64,000 nucleotides of DNA from assembly GCA_958295885.1 (NCBI GenBank), contig OY282380.1:4137109-4201108 (forward strand), written 5' to 3'. Shown piece by piece: positions 1 through 9,007 of the stretch. The stretch is from Arenicellales bacterium. GTDB lineage: Bacteria > Pseudomonadota > Gammaproteobacteria > Arenicellales > JAJDZL01. Every line of letters begins with the position of its first letter. The first letter of the stretch is position 1. The position numbers and the translations under genes were made by a program. The notes beneath the pieces are model-generated. The model did not search any database and had not been told where the DNA came from. It worked only from the letters and a program-made list of their open reading frames with translations.

Positions 1-766
1 GAATGAGCTGGTCGGTAAGCAAACCGATAATGCCGATGGTAATAATGCCTGCCATCACTTCAGGCGTTTTAACAAAACGTCTCATTGACCAAATCATATG
101 ACCAATACCCGAGCTGGCTGCCACAATTTCTGCGATGATGAGGTAAGTCCAACACCATCCCAGGGTGATTCGGAAGTTATCAATCATATTGGGTAGCATT
201 GAAGGCAGCAAGACATGACCGATCACCTGCTTCGGCTTCGCGCCTACAGTAAAGGCACTTTCAATGTATTCTTCTGGAACTCGTTTCGCATCATCAGCAA
301 TCAACAGCACCAACTGGAAAAATGTCCCCATCCACAACACGGCAATCTTTGATACTTCCCCAATACCAAACCAGATAATCAACAGGGGCACCAGTGCAGG
401 TACCGGTAAATAACGAATGAGATCAACAATGGGTTCACAAATTGAGCCGACTATCCGGTAGGTACTCATCAATATCCCCAGTGGAACGGCAACAACAACT
501 GAGAGAAAAAAAGCGAACCAAACACGCCCGACACTGATGCCGATATCCACTTCAAAATCGCGCTGTGGAAATAGCCTGAAAAATGCCTCAACGACGCTCA
601 GAGGGGTTGGAAGAAATTCTGGACGAATCAGTCCAGATGATGCAGCAATATGCCAAATAAGGATAAAACTGACGAACGCCAGAATTGCCATCACCAGTTC
701 TGTGCGGTTGGTAACTTTGGCACGAAATTCAAATAAGCGATGGAACTCTGTGGGCGAACGCCGCAT
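1..766 (-). CDS. ABC transporter permease, NitT/TauT (SsuC/TauC-like) family; C-terminal end runs off the window
   Basis: Absent from the ORF track because no stop lies in the window. Reverse translation from ATG at 766-764 gives MRRSPTEFHRLFEF...LIWHIAASSGLIRPEFLPTP...IAEIVAASSGIGHMIW...AGIITIGIIGLLTDQLI, a typical binding-protein-dependent permease. It lies directly downstream of the binding-protein gene. Confidence 0.8.
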   Translation of the reverse strand, partial: MRRSPTEFHRLFEFRAKVTNRTELVMAILAFVSFILIWHIAASSGLIRPEFLPTPLSVVEAFFRLFPQRDFEVDIGISVGRVWFAFFLSVVVAVPLGILMSTYRIVGSICEPIVDLIRYLPVPALVPLLIIWFGIGEVSKIAVLWMGTFFQLVLLIADDAKRVPEEYIESAFTVGAKPKQVIGHVLLPSMLPNMIDNFRITLGWCWTYLIIAEIVAASSGIGHMIWSMRRFVKTPEVMAGIITIGIIGLLTDQLI

Positions 767-896
767 AGGGGTATTTTCCTCTGATTGCAATTAGTCTATA
801 TTCACATTAGTCGGAAATGCTGTTGCTGAAATTTATCGGTATGGTGCAGACACTTGGGGATAACTTGTACTTTCCCGCCATTTAGAAAAAATTAAA

Positions 897-1964
897 TTAA
901 CGTGTCTTTCCGTCGAACAATCCATCGATTGTGGATGGATCAACATGATCACCGTAGGTTAGCTCACTGTCCTGCAGTTTCAGGCCGATGTTAATATCAT
1001 TGAATGCATCAAAGATTTCCTTAAGTTCGGTGTTTCCACCGGATCCGATAAATTTCACTGCATCTTCATATGAAGTATATATAACCCCTTCAAGCGCTTC
1101 TTTCATCTCCGCCGCGGGCACACTGAATTTGGGTGCTGACAGATTGATGAATTTGTCAGGGTCTTGCATGTACACATCGACTGCGCGATAAATGCCACGG
1201 AGAAATTTAGCATACTTTTCAGGGTTGGCTTTGTAATCCTCTGTCCTAACAATAATTACGTCGGTGATCAGACCAGGAAAGTCACGCGATGTCAGTAACA
1301 GCTTTGATCCAGTTCGAGATGTCGAATTAATGATCGAACTCATCATCGGCTCCCATGTTGCTACCGCAGCGATACTTTCGTCTTCAAACACAGAAGCAGA
1401 ATCGTCGGTTGCGATCAGACGCATATTCAGTTCACTGATATCGTGACCTTCTTTAGCCAATGCATATTGAAGGAGCACTGTCCCGGGATGATTGACTTCG
1501 CCTGCGAAGGTTTTTCCAACGAGATCCGTAACTTTATCAATACCTGGCGCAGCGACAACGCCATCAGCACCATCAGAAACATCGATAGTCCCTATGACTG
1601 TCCCCGACGTGTCCTGAGTTCTGGGACGCGACATGTATTCGCCGATAGTACGCATAGTGCAATCAAGATCACCGCTATCGATCGCTGGAAGTACATTGGC
1701 ACGATCATTTTCGAATACGGTAGTAACTTCGATGCCTTCTTCTTCAAAGTATCCCAGGTCCTGGGCGACAAACACTGGGGCAAAACCAAACCAAAAAGGG
1801 AATGCACATCTTACTGTTTCGTCAGCATGCACTTTGGATACACCAGCCATCAAGGTAATGCCAAGTGCCAATAAGGGCACAGTCAAAATTAAACGGGCAG
1901 CAAGTCTGTTACGTTTGCGGATGTTGGTATTTAGCCGCCTCGCTTGAGTTTTAGGGGTTAACAT
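897..1964 (-). CDS. ABC transporter periplasmic substrate-binding protein (NMT1/THI5-like, nitrate/sulfonate/taurine type)
   Basis: The ORF 897..2084 was trimmed to the internal ATG at 1964, which is preceded by GGAGG (1971-1975). The product starts MLTPKTQARRLNTNIRKRNRLAARLILTVPLLALGITLMAG, which reads as a signal peptide. It forms an operon with the permease. Confidence 0.75.
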   Translation of the reverse strand: MLTPKTQARRLNTNIRKRNRLAARLILTVPLLALGITLMAGVSKVHADETVRCAFPFWFGFAPVFVAQDLGYFEEEGIEVTTVFENDRANVLPAIDSGDLDCTMRTIGEYMSRPRTQDTSGTVIGTIDVSDGADGVVAAPGIDKVTDLVGKTFAGEVNHPGTVLLQYALAKEGHDISELNMRLIATDDSASVFEDESIAAVATWEPMMSSIINSTSRTGSKLLLTSRDFPGLITDVIIVRTEDYKANPEKYAKFLRGIYRAVDVYMQDPDKFINLSAPKFSVPAAEMKEALEGVIYTSYEDAVKFIGSGGNTELKEIFDAFNDINIGLKLQDSELTYGDHVDPSTIDGLFDGKTR

Positions 1965-2330
1965 ATTGTTCCTCCAGATTTTCTTGTACTGAATTAAATA
2001 ATACTCGGACGATGTCCAAGGCCGATTGCCCACATCGAATCCGCGGGGCAATTGGTAATAGTACGATGTAAGCCGAGAGAACAAAATTATAAAATGCTAC
2101 TATTTACATCGACTATTCCAGATGTTTGCGGCCAGATGGATGTGCAATCAAATGTGGAATAAGGCAGATCAGCGGGAAGACTGCTTTCCTAAGATGCTCG
2201 CAGACGGATATAAGAAAGGACATGGGTTTCACGAAGTTTGGATTCTGCTGCTTAAAGAAATTTCGAAGGTAAGAGGGGCAAAAGTGTGGTATCGGTTTAG
2301 GTTCAACGCGTTTCGTAATTGAAGCCGGCC

Positions 2331-2543
2331 GCTGTTGTACTCCCACTTAATCCGTAGAGATTGAACTAAATCGAGCCCGTCCACGGCGGGCGGCCTTTCT
2401 ATAGAGCGGCCTTGGCCAAACCATCGCCATTGACCGAACGCAATCAGCAAGGGCACCGCGGTCGCAGACCGCCGTGCCCTTGCCTTTGGATTTATACTCT
2501 TTGACTCAATCACCGCATCCGTGTGTTCACCCATCCGGATGCG
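2331..2543 (-). repeat. Repeat family R1, copy A (hairpin-rich, about 215 nt; inverted relative to copy B)
   Basis: The reverse complement aligns with 6986-7209. Shared blocks include GCATCCG...CGGATGCGGTGATTG, GAGTATAAATCCAAAGGCA, a 14 bp GC hairpin (2451-2479) and TGCGTTCGGTCAATGGCG. Confidence 0.7.
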
Positions 2544-2592
2544 ACTGTAGTTGTGTGGGTTGCGCACCCACTGAAAGGAAGCGCCTTTGAGA

Positions 2593-2713
2593 CTGTGAAA
2601 GTATTGCCAAACTAGTTTAAATTAGTGGATTATGAATATTTATCTCATTGATTTAATTGATATTAATATTTGTTCTGATTCAGAAATCCACGAAAATGAG
2701 AATACTTTCACAG
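2593..2713 (+). mobile_element. MITE-like element, copy 1 (121 bp, AT-rich core, 13 bp perfect terminal inverted repeat CTGTGAAAGTATT)
   Basis: Left end ctgtgaaagtattgcc, right end gagaatactttcacag. The element is nearly identical to the reverse complement of 26021-26141. Flanks are GAGA / CCTC. Confidence 0.85.
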
Positions 2714-3053
2714 CCTCCTTTCCACGGCACACGAGAAATTGGGGTTAGACTCAGATCAGCGTTTCTAAATCAGGATGCCAAGTTCCCTGTAGAAGAAAAT
2801 CGACAGTGACGCTAAAGACAATCAAATTCCGGCAATCATGTTTTGGATATCTGAGCTGTATTTCTCGAAAGTCGAATTTCCGCTGAAAGAAAATGTAGAG
2901 AAACCAAGAATGAATGAACCGCGCGCAGTGATCGAGGATGCAGAGCAGAGGTCTGCATCAGTGATCAGTCAGCGTCCGTTCCAGAGTGGTTGAATAATGT
3001 TCAAGCATATCGAGGATTTTCAAAAAGTATCAAAATCCAACCTTTAATCCATG

Positions 3054-4643
3054 TCAATGCCTGATTGACTTTCTCAGTGCCTGACGGTCGATTTTATTCG
3101 TACCCGTTTTCGGCAATGCCTCCAGATACACGACTTCGCGAGGATACTTGTACGGCAGAAGTTTTGATTTAACGAATCTTTGCAACTCTTTTGTAACATT
3201 CTGACTCGCATCGACCCCGTCGACAAGGACAACCCAAGCTTTAATCGTATGGCGCATATCTGCAAGTTCAATCACCTGAACGCAGCACTCTTTGACTTTC
3301 GGGTGTTCGTTGAGTGATGTTTCGATTTCCATCGGGTACACCCACTGACCGGACACTTTGACCAGGTCGTCAGCACGGCCTTTAAAATAATAGAATCCGT
3401 CTTCATCCATCACGAAAAGGTCGCCCGTCTTAATCCAACCGTCACCTATGGTTTCACTGGTCTTTTTGGGGTGGTTCCAATAAATTTCTGTACCAGAAAG
3501 CCCTCGCACATACATTTCGCCCTTCTCATCTGGACTGACTTCCCGATCATCTGCGCCGAGAAGTTTTACGGCGTAACCAGGAACAATGCGTCCGGCGGAC
3601 GTGGCTTTCTGAAGAGTTTCGTCATTCGACAAATAGATGTGCAGCATTTCGGTTGATCCAAGCCCCTCTAGAATTGTTAATCCGAAGTGCGATTTCCATT
3701 TCTCGGTCAGTTCCTTGGATAGAATTTCAGCCGCGGAAATGCAAAGTCGTACGCAGCTGAGATCTGCAGTGTCGGCCGCGGCGCTGTGCATCAGCAGTGT
3801 ATAGAGAGTCGGAAGTCCGAATAAAACACTTGGGCGATGTTTGGCGATCTGTTCGAACACGCGCTCCGGTGTGGGACGACCGGAAAGCAGCACGGCTGCA
3901 GCACCTCTGCTCATTGGAAACGTTACAGAGTTTCCAAAACCGTAAGCAAAGAAGATTTTCGGTATCGAAAAACAAATGTCATCTGAAGTGAGCTTCAGGA
4001 TGTATGCACCGTAGGTTTCTGCTGTATAAGGCGCGTCTTCATGGCGGTGGACGATACCTTTCGGACGTCCGGTTGACCCGGATGAATAAATCCAAAACGC
4101 TTGGTCTCGGCGCAGGGTCGGATGCTCCAACAGTTCTGTCGATTCTGGTCCCCACGGCCTTTGCTGTGCCTGTAAGATGGATTTACATGAAAGTGCTTCC
4201 GTCTCAAAATCTTTCAGCAAAGATTCAAATTCTTCGGATACGACTGCTGCTGTCGCTCCACTGTCTTCCAAAAAATAAGCAATCAAATCAGCTGATGACT
4301 GACTGTTTGTAAGAATTGGAACGAAACCCGCTCGCATGCTTCCCATGATCGCCGCAGGATAAGCAGGTTCGTCATCCATCAAAAGCAACACTCGGTTTCC
4401 CGGTGCGCAGTATTTCTTGAGGTGATTGCCGATTCGCGCAGCCTCGTCCACTAGCTCAGCATAGGTCCAAATCCCTGAATCATGGAAAATAGCAGGTCGT
4501 GTGGCATTCTCAGGCAAATTTTCCCAAAGCAGCCGCGAGGCATTGTAATCGTCCGGTAAATTAAATCCGACCCTGTCGGCGAGCTGTTGAATAGTTGGTT
4601 CGGTCATTGCTCGGATATCCTTATCAGAAAAAAATCCTTTCAT
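3054..4643 (-). CDS. Aryl-CoA ligase, benzoate/4-hydroxybenzoate/2-aminobenzoate-CoA ligase family (AMP-forming)
   Basis: 529 aa product with the AMP-binding motif FWIYSSGSTGRPKGIVHRH, plus GDLF...DEDGFYYFKGRADD and a C-terminal GTNKIDR. Confidence 0.85.
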   Translation of the reverse strand: MKGFFSDKDIRAMTEPTIQQLADRVGFNLPDDYNASRLLWENLPENATRPAIFHDSGIWTYAELVDEAARIGNHLKKYCAPGNRVLLLMDDEPAYPAAIMGSMRAGFVPILTNSQSSADLIAYFLEDSGATAAVVSEEFESLLKDFETEALSCKSILQAQQRPWGPESTELLEHPTLRRDQAFWIYSSGSTGRPKGIVHRHEDAPYTAETYGAYILKLTSDDICFSIPKIFFAYGFGNSVTFPMSRGAAAVLLSGRPTPERVFEQIAKHRPSVLFGLPTLYTLLMHSAAADTADLSCVRLCISAAEILSKELTEKWKSHFGLTILEGLGSTEMLHIYLSNDETLQKATSAGRIVPGYAVKLLGADDREVSPDEKGEMYVRGLSGTEIYWNHPKKTSETIGDGWIKTGDLFVMDEDGFYYFKGRADDLVKVSGQWVYPMEIETSLNEHPKVKECCVQVIELADMRHTIKAWVVLVDGVDASQNVTKELQRFVKSKLLPYKYPREVVYLEALPKTGTNKIDRQALRKSIRH

Positions 4644-4677
4644 GATCTGTATATTGTTTGTTTTTGAAAATTCAACG

Positions 4678-5820
4678 TCAGATGTCTTCGATGATTATGC
4701 CATGTGCTTCGAGACCTGCTGCAAAGTTAGGTGATGTCATCTGAATTATTTCGCTTCTCAATCGCCCGGCGCGGGTGATGTAACTAAGTGCGAATTCCCA
4801 GGGTGTTAGAGACATATGTTTGCCAAAGCTCTCGTACCAGAGCACTGATGACGATGCGGCGTTCATAAGCTTCTCCAAAATCGGCTGTCGTTCGGCCTGG
4901 TACTTTGGAAGGGCTTTTGAAACATTGAATTCTGTATCCCTCAATGCTTTCACAAGTGCAATCACGTCCTCCATGGCGAGGCGCGTTCCCGAACCAATCG
5001 AATAATGCGCCGTATGAAGAGAGTCACCCACCAAAACACGGTTGCCGTTGTACCAGCGACGATTGCTCATGATCGGAAACTGCCGCCAGACTGAGTTATT
5101 GTTTGTCAATTTTGCACCATCCAATGTCTGAGCAAAAATCGACTCGCATATGGCGCGATATTCCGGTTCTCGCATGCTGGAGAAACCAGCTCTTTCAAAG
5201 GCGGTCTCTTCGCATTCCACAATGAACGTACTGCGGTCCGGTGCGAATCGGTAATGGTGTGCGTTAAAGAAACCATAATCTGTGTCTTTGAACGTCTGCG
5301 TCAAAGTTTCAAATGAACGGTCGGTACCGTACCAGCAAAACCGATTTTTGGTAAGAACGATTGTCTCACCGAACTTATGTGATGCTTCAGCTCGTACAAG
5401 AGAATTCAGTCCATCGGCAGCGATCACGATTTCGCAGTCGTCGAAGACAGACAGATCTTCCACTCGAGTATTGTAGGTTGGACGAATGTTGAATTCAGCT
5501 GCCCGCTTCTGCAGCAGCAGCAGCATTTCAAGTCGACCAATTGCGCTGAAACCAAATCCGTCGATCACAATTGTTTCGTTTTTATGGGTGACGCGGATGT
5601 CAGACCAAGACTCCATGTGCGGTTCGATCAGATCAGCGGTTTCAGGATCATCCTTGCGCAGGAACTCCAGCGCTGTTGCGGAAAACACAACCCCGAATCC
5701 CCATGTAGCGTCCGCGGGGTTTTGCTCGAAAATGGTGATCTCTGCTTTCGGAAAGCTGCGTTTTAGCAATATTGCCGCATAGAGACCTGCCGGACCTGCA
5801 CCGAGAATGCCTGCTTTCAT
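4678..5820 (-). CDS. FAD-dependent monooxygenase resembling the hydroxylase domain of aryl-CoA (salicylyl/2-aminobenzoyl-CoA) monooxygenases
   Basis: 380 aa product with the GILGAGPAGLYAA dinucleotide fold, WGFGVVFS, ADGLNSLVR and GDSLHTAHYSIGSGTRLAMEDV motifs. It is adjacent to and co-oriented with the aryl-CoA ligase. Confidence 0.75.
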   Translation of the reverse strand: MKAGILGAGPAGLYAAILLKRSFPKAEITIFEQNPADATWGFGVVFSATALEFLRKDDPETADLIEPHMESWSDIRVTHKNETIVIDGFGFSAIGRLEMLLLLQKRAAEFNIRPTYNTRVEDLSVFDDCEIVIAADGLNSLVRAEASHKFGETIVLTKNRFCWYGTDRSFETLTQTFKDTDYGFFNAHHYRFAPDRSTFIVECEETAFERAGFSSMREPEYRAICESIFAQTLDGAKLTNNNSVWRQFPIMSNRRWYNGNRVLVGDSLHTAHYSIGSGTRLAMEDVIALVKALRDTEFNVSKALPKYQAERQPILEKLMNAASSSVLWYESFGKHMSLTPWEFALSYITRAGRLRSEIIQMTSPNFAAGLEAHGIIIEDI

Positions 5821-6268
5821 CCTATCTTTCCAATTCTGCTGGGTTCGACTTAACTGTCAGTGCAGGAATATAGCCTTGGCAGACGAATTGAAAAATGCAA
5901 GAGCTCAGCATCTGTCGCATGTCTCCGGAAGGGGATTCGATAACCTCCAGTCATAGAGAGTGCTGCGATGTCCCACTTTTGCTCAACTGCTTGAAATTAG
6001 ACGATTCAATATACAACAAGATTCCATAGGGGGTTTTCACGTAAATTGTCTCAGCGATTAAATGTGCGAGTTTTTGCAATACACCTAGTCTAGATATGTT
6101 AGCAGCAGCCAACGAGGTTTTCCCGTCGCATGGTAGCGAATTTTACTACTGCCGGCTGGGTTGGAATGAAGGTGAATTGAAAGCTACTAATCAACCCTTC
6201 TACCTGTTCCAATACACTGTTGAAAATGAGTTGGAAATTCGCTGAAGAAGAAAAAAGTTCCAGTAGAA

Positions 6269-6505
6269 ATGATTGATCCGGAAATTTCCGGCTTTTTATT
6301 AGTAGAGGGAATTAATGATGCAATTTTCTTCTCTGCCATGCTGGATTACCTGGACTTAGGCAATTCAGTTCGAGTCGCACAGATGATTGGAATAGATAAA
6401 TTGAATGCAAATTTAGAAACACAGAAAGAACAGACAACTTCTTTCAATCAAGCAAAATTGGTGTCATTAGCCCCTATTTCTCATAAGATTTTTTGTTTGA
6501 CTTGA
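6269..6505 (+). pseudogene. Possible 5' fragment of a Toprim-like (DUF4435/DUF3226/OLD-type) gene, cut off by the element at 6474-7540
   Basis: The N-terminal sequence ISGFLLVEGINDAIFFSAML resembles the xLVEGxxD Toprim signature. The ORF decays into low-complexity sequence exactly where the GC-rich element begins. Confidence 0.3.
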
Positions 6506-6974
6506 ATTTCAGATCACTGAGTCGATGGTTAGGCTCAATACGAACTAATCCGAGAAAGATGATGTAGTTTCCTAGCCAATAACATGATCCAAGTAAAATT
6601 TGTGCGGTCTTGGGCCGGCCCGTCGAAAGCGCCGCGTCACTTCGAGCGGTTCGTGGCCTTGTTTCGATGACGACTGCAATTTGTTCGAACTGCTTAAGGC
6701 TGCCGGGTCGTCGTGCCGCAAGACAGTCCGGCAGCAGAGAGAAAGTGGTGTGACTGTCAGCACAATGACAGCGTGCGATATGGGCGATGCGTCCGCGGTC
6801 GCACTTGCGGGCGTAGGTGCCGTGGCGAGTGAGTGCGCAACCACCGTTGGGGTGGTTGGGACAGACCGAAAGAGCTGCTATTCCCCAAGCTTCGGTGCTA
6901 ATATACTCAGCGATAGTCAGTTGTGTGTCGTAGCGCAGCTGCATGTCCATGCTCCTTGATTCGGTATGGTTCAA
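6474..6974 (-). CDS. Cys/His-rich zinc-ribbon protein (DUF6431-like, transposase-accessory-type fold); probably truncated at its 3' end
   Basis: The product contains CPNHPNGGCALTRHGTYARK...IARCHCADSHTTFSLLPDCLAARRPGSL. The likely start is the ATG at 6944, which follows AAGGAG. The C-terminal 40 aa run into AT-rich flanking DNA. Confidence 0.45.
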   Translation of the reverse strand: MNHTESRSMDMQLRYDTQLTIAEYISTEAWGIAALSVCPNHPNGGCALTRHGTYARKCDRGRIAHIARCHCADSHTTFSLLPDCLAARRPGSLKQFEQIAVVIETRPRTARSDAALSTGRPKTAQILLGSCYWLGNYIIFLGLVRIEPNHRLSDLKFKSNKKSYEK

Positions 6975-6985
6975 ACATGGTCTTT

Positions 6986-7209
6986 CGCATCCGTATGGTC
7001 GAAAAACGCGGATGCGGTGATTGCGTCAACGAGTATAAATCCAAAGGCAGGGGCGCGGCGGTCTACGACCGCCGCGCCCCTGCTGACTGCGTTCGGTCAA
7101 TGGCGTTGGTGTGGCAAGGCCGCTCTAAAGAACGGCTGCCACCCATGGACGGGTTCAGTTTATTTCGAAATTTGAACTATTTCTACAGATTAATAGGGAG
7201 TTCAACACC
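6986..7209 (+). repeat. Repeat family R1, copy B
   Basis: Aligns with the reverse complement of 2331-2543. A perfect 14 bp hairpin GGGGCGCGGCGGTC-tac-GACCGCCGCGCCCC lies at 7050-7080. The copy lies immediately upstream (minus sense) of the zinc-ribbon ORF. Confidence 0.7.
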
Positions 7210-7224
7210 AGCTGCTCAAGGGTG

Positions 7225-7340
7225 TTCGCGTCGGTTCGATTGCAATTGACGGGGCAAATGCTTGGAAATTCGTAAAATCAGTCATCAAATGAACGATGCC
7301 GAGAGATTCAGACAATGTTTTTGGATTCAGTCAACTCACA
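7225..7340. repeat. Repeat family R2, copy B (about 115 nt)
   Basis: TTCGCGTCGGTTCGATTGCAATTGACGGGGCA...GGAAATTCGTAAAA...CAAATGAACGAT...TTGGATTCAGTC is shared with 40446-40556. Weaker similarity continues into the small minus-strand ORFs 7308..7532 and 40549..40731. Confidence 0.65.
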
Positions 7341-7599
7341 AAAGTGCATGAAAATCTTGTACACGCAACTGCCTCTGGTGAGAATCCCGGAGGTTTCACG
7401 GATTTCGTATGGTACAATTTTGCTGACCGTTTCAAGATGCAGTATTGCATCCACTGGCTGAAATGTAAGGCCATATGTTAACAGGGCTCTTCTATTCATA
7501 AGAGGGTTCCGCGCAAATTCAGGATTGGTCAATTTCTATCATTTCGGAAATTAGAGTAACATTGTAACTGCAGTGTCTTCGTAACAAGTTCACTTACGC

Positions 7600-8139
7600 G
7601 TGAAAACGATTCTCTCAAAACTTCTCCATTATGCTGGCAGGTCTATTCTACGCTGGGCATTTGAAGCAACTCGTTTATTGTTCAAGGAACAAGCGTTCGA
7701 TCTGAGCAAATTTCAGAACTACGAACGAGTTCACTACATGGATGAAAGCCTGCCCGAAGACATTGAAGACATACTGGAAATTTCAGCCATTTTGGAAATC
7801 AGAGAGTACGATATTTTCAATCTGGCTTATCACTGGTGGTTCGGGAAGGTCGCAAGTCCACGTGTTTTAGAGAATCACTTTTCCAGATACATGTTCAACA
7901 AGATTGTTCCGCACTGGGTTCGGCAGTACAATCGAATGGTTCTTGATCTGCGCGACAGCGGCACGTTAGACCGAGAAGAACTAGGGATTTCTCGACTTCC
8001 GAGTGCGACACCAGAGTCGGTGCGTACTGGATTACGTTATACGGTGATGTTGTTTAGCGCGCTTGCGTTAATCATTTTATTCGCTGAATTGACACTTCGA
8101 TTTTCTACTCTGCCCTGCATGTTTCCACCCTGTTATTAA
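7600..8139 (+). CDS. Hypothetical protein with a C-terminal transmembrane segment
   Basis: 179 aa ORF with a GTG start and no recognisable family. The hydrophobic tail reads YTVMLFSALALIILFAELTL. Confidence 0.45.
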   Translation: MKTILSKLLHYAGRSILRWAFEATRLLFKEQAFDLSKFQNYERVHYMDESLPEDIEDILEISAILEIREYDIFNLAYHWWFGKVASPRVLENHFSRYMFNKIVPHWVRQYNRMVLDLRDSGTLDREELGISRLPSATPESVRTGLRYTVMLFSALALIILFAELTLRFSTLPCMFPPCY

Positions 8140-8418
8140 AAGTTGGGAAGATAATCGGTTGGACATCATTTTTTTAATAGTCACTGCCGCCGTTTCCTAC
8201 CATGCGCTTACGTATCGCGATGAAGAAGGGGAGCGCGACGCGGTCCGCCTTCTTTTCGGTTGCATAGCGCTTCTGTTTTTCTTTCGCGTTCTATTTGTCG
8301 ATGTTCTTGAAGTCTGGCAGTAATTCACTCGGAAGCGAGTCTGGTTAGCTTGTTTGTTTGAGATTTCGCTGCTGGTCGACGAGGCAGAGCCGCCAGCATC
8401 TCATTCAAAAGAAGAAAA

Positions 8419-8997
8419 TTATTTCTTGTAACTTCGCTGCTGCTGGTCGATTTCTGGAATCTGCAGCACTCTTTCGGATTCTGGTTTCTCCAATTCAAAC
8501 GCAAGGTAAGCAGCTCGGTCGGCAATGCCGGGAGGGCGCTCCGGTTGATTTCTTAGGAAGCGTATCAGCCAATGCGGCCCTTCTGTGATTTCGGGATCTA
8601 ATTTTAGTGCGGTACGATAGTCATTCAATGCATTTTGATGCTGTCCCAATCGATCATATAGAATTCCTCGATTGGCGTAGGTGCCGCCAAAAGCAGGTTC
8701 CAGTGCAATGGATTCATCAAAACCCATCAGAGCTTCATCAAATCTGCCAAGCTGCATCAAGGTGCGAGCTCGTCCGCGCATTGAATGAATGTGATGGGCG
8801 TCTTCCAATAAAGCGTTGTCGTACGCCTCCAGCGCTCTTTCGTAAGCGCCATCTTCAAACAGTTTATTTCCAGCGTGATAGTGGGTGTCACCTGGATTAC
8901 GCGACTGAAAAAAACTATCGTAAATCCCCCAACTCAGCCATAGGACTGTCATGATGATCGCTGTGTACTTTAGGAATTTGTAGAGTCGAGGATCCAA
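8419..8997 (-). CDS. Membrane-anchored tetratricopeptide-repeat (TPR) protein
   Basis: It has an N-terminal TM segment (YTAIIMTVLWLSWGIY) followed by TPR-like units (AYERALEAYDNALLED; GRFDEALMGFDESIALEP; GQHQNALNDYRTALKLDP). Confidence 0.7.
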   Translation of the reverse strand: MDPRLYKFLKYTAIIMTVLWLSWGIYDSFFQSRNPGDTHYHAGNKLFEDGAYERALEAYDNALLEDAHHIHSMRGRARTLMQLGRFDEALMGFDESIALEPAFGGTYANRGILYDRLGQHQNALNDYRTALKLDPEITEGPHWLIRFLRNQPERPPGIADRAAYLAFELEKPESERVLQIPEIDQQQRSYKK

Positions 8998-9007
8998 TAG
9001 ATGCCCT

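Noticed and set aside
537-794. Plus-strand ORF 537..794, and similar shadow ORFs inside purA, hisZ, hflK, mutL, amiB and nnr
   Set aside because: They are antisense to genes with strong family motifs and have no ribosome-binding sites or recognisable domains.
2540-2572. GGTGCGCAACCC at the end of R1 copy A (reverse strand), as a possible group II intron 5' GUGCG start
   Set aside because: Copy B lacks this sequence, nothing downstream resembles intron domains or an RT, and the repeat is only about 220 nt.
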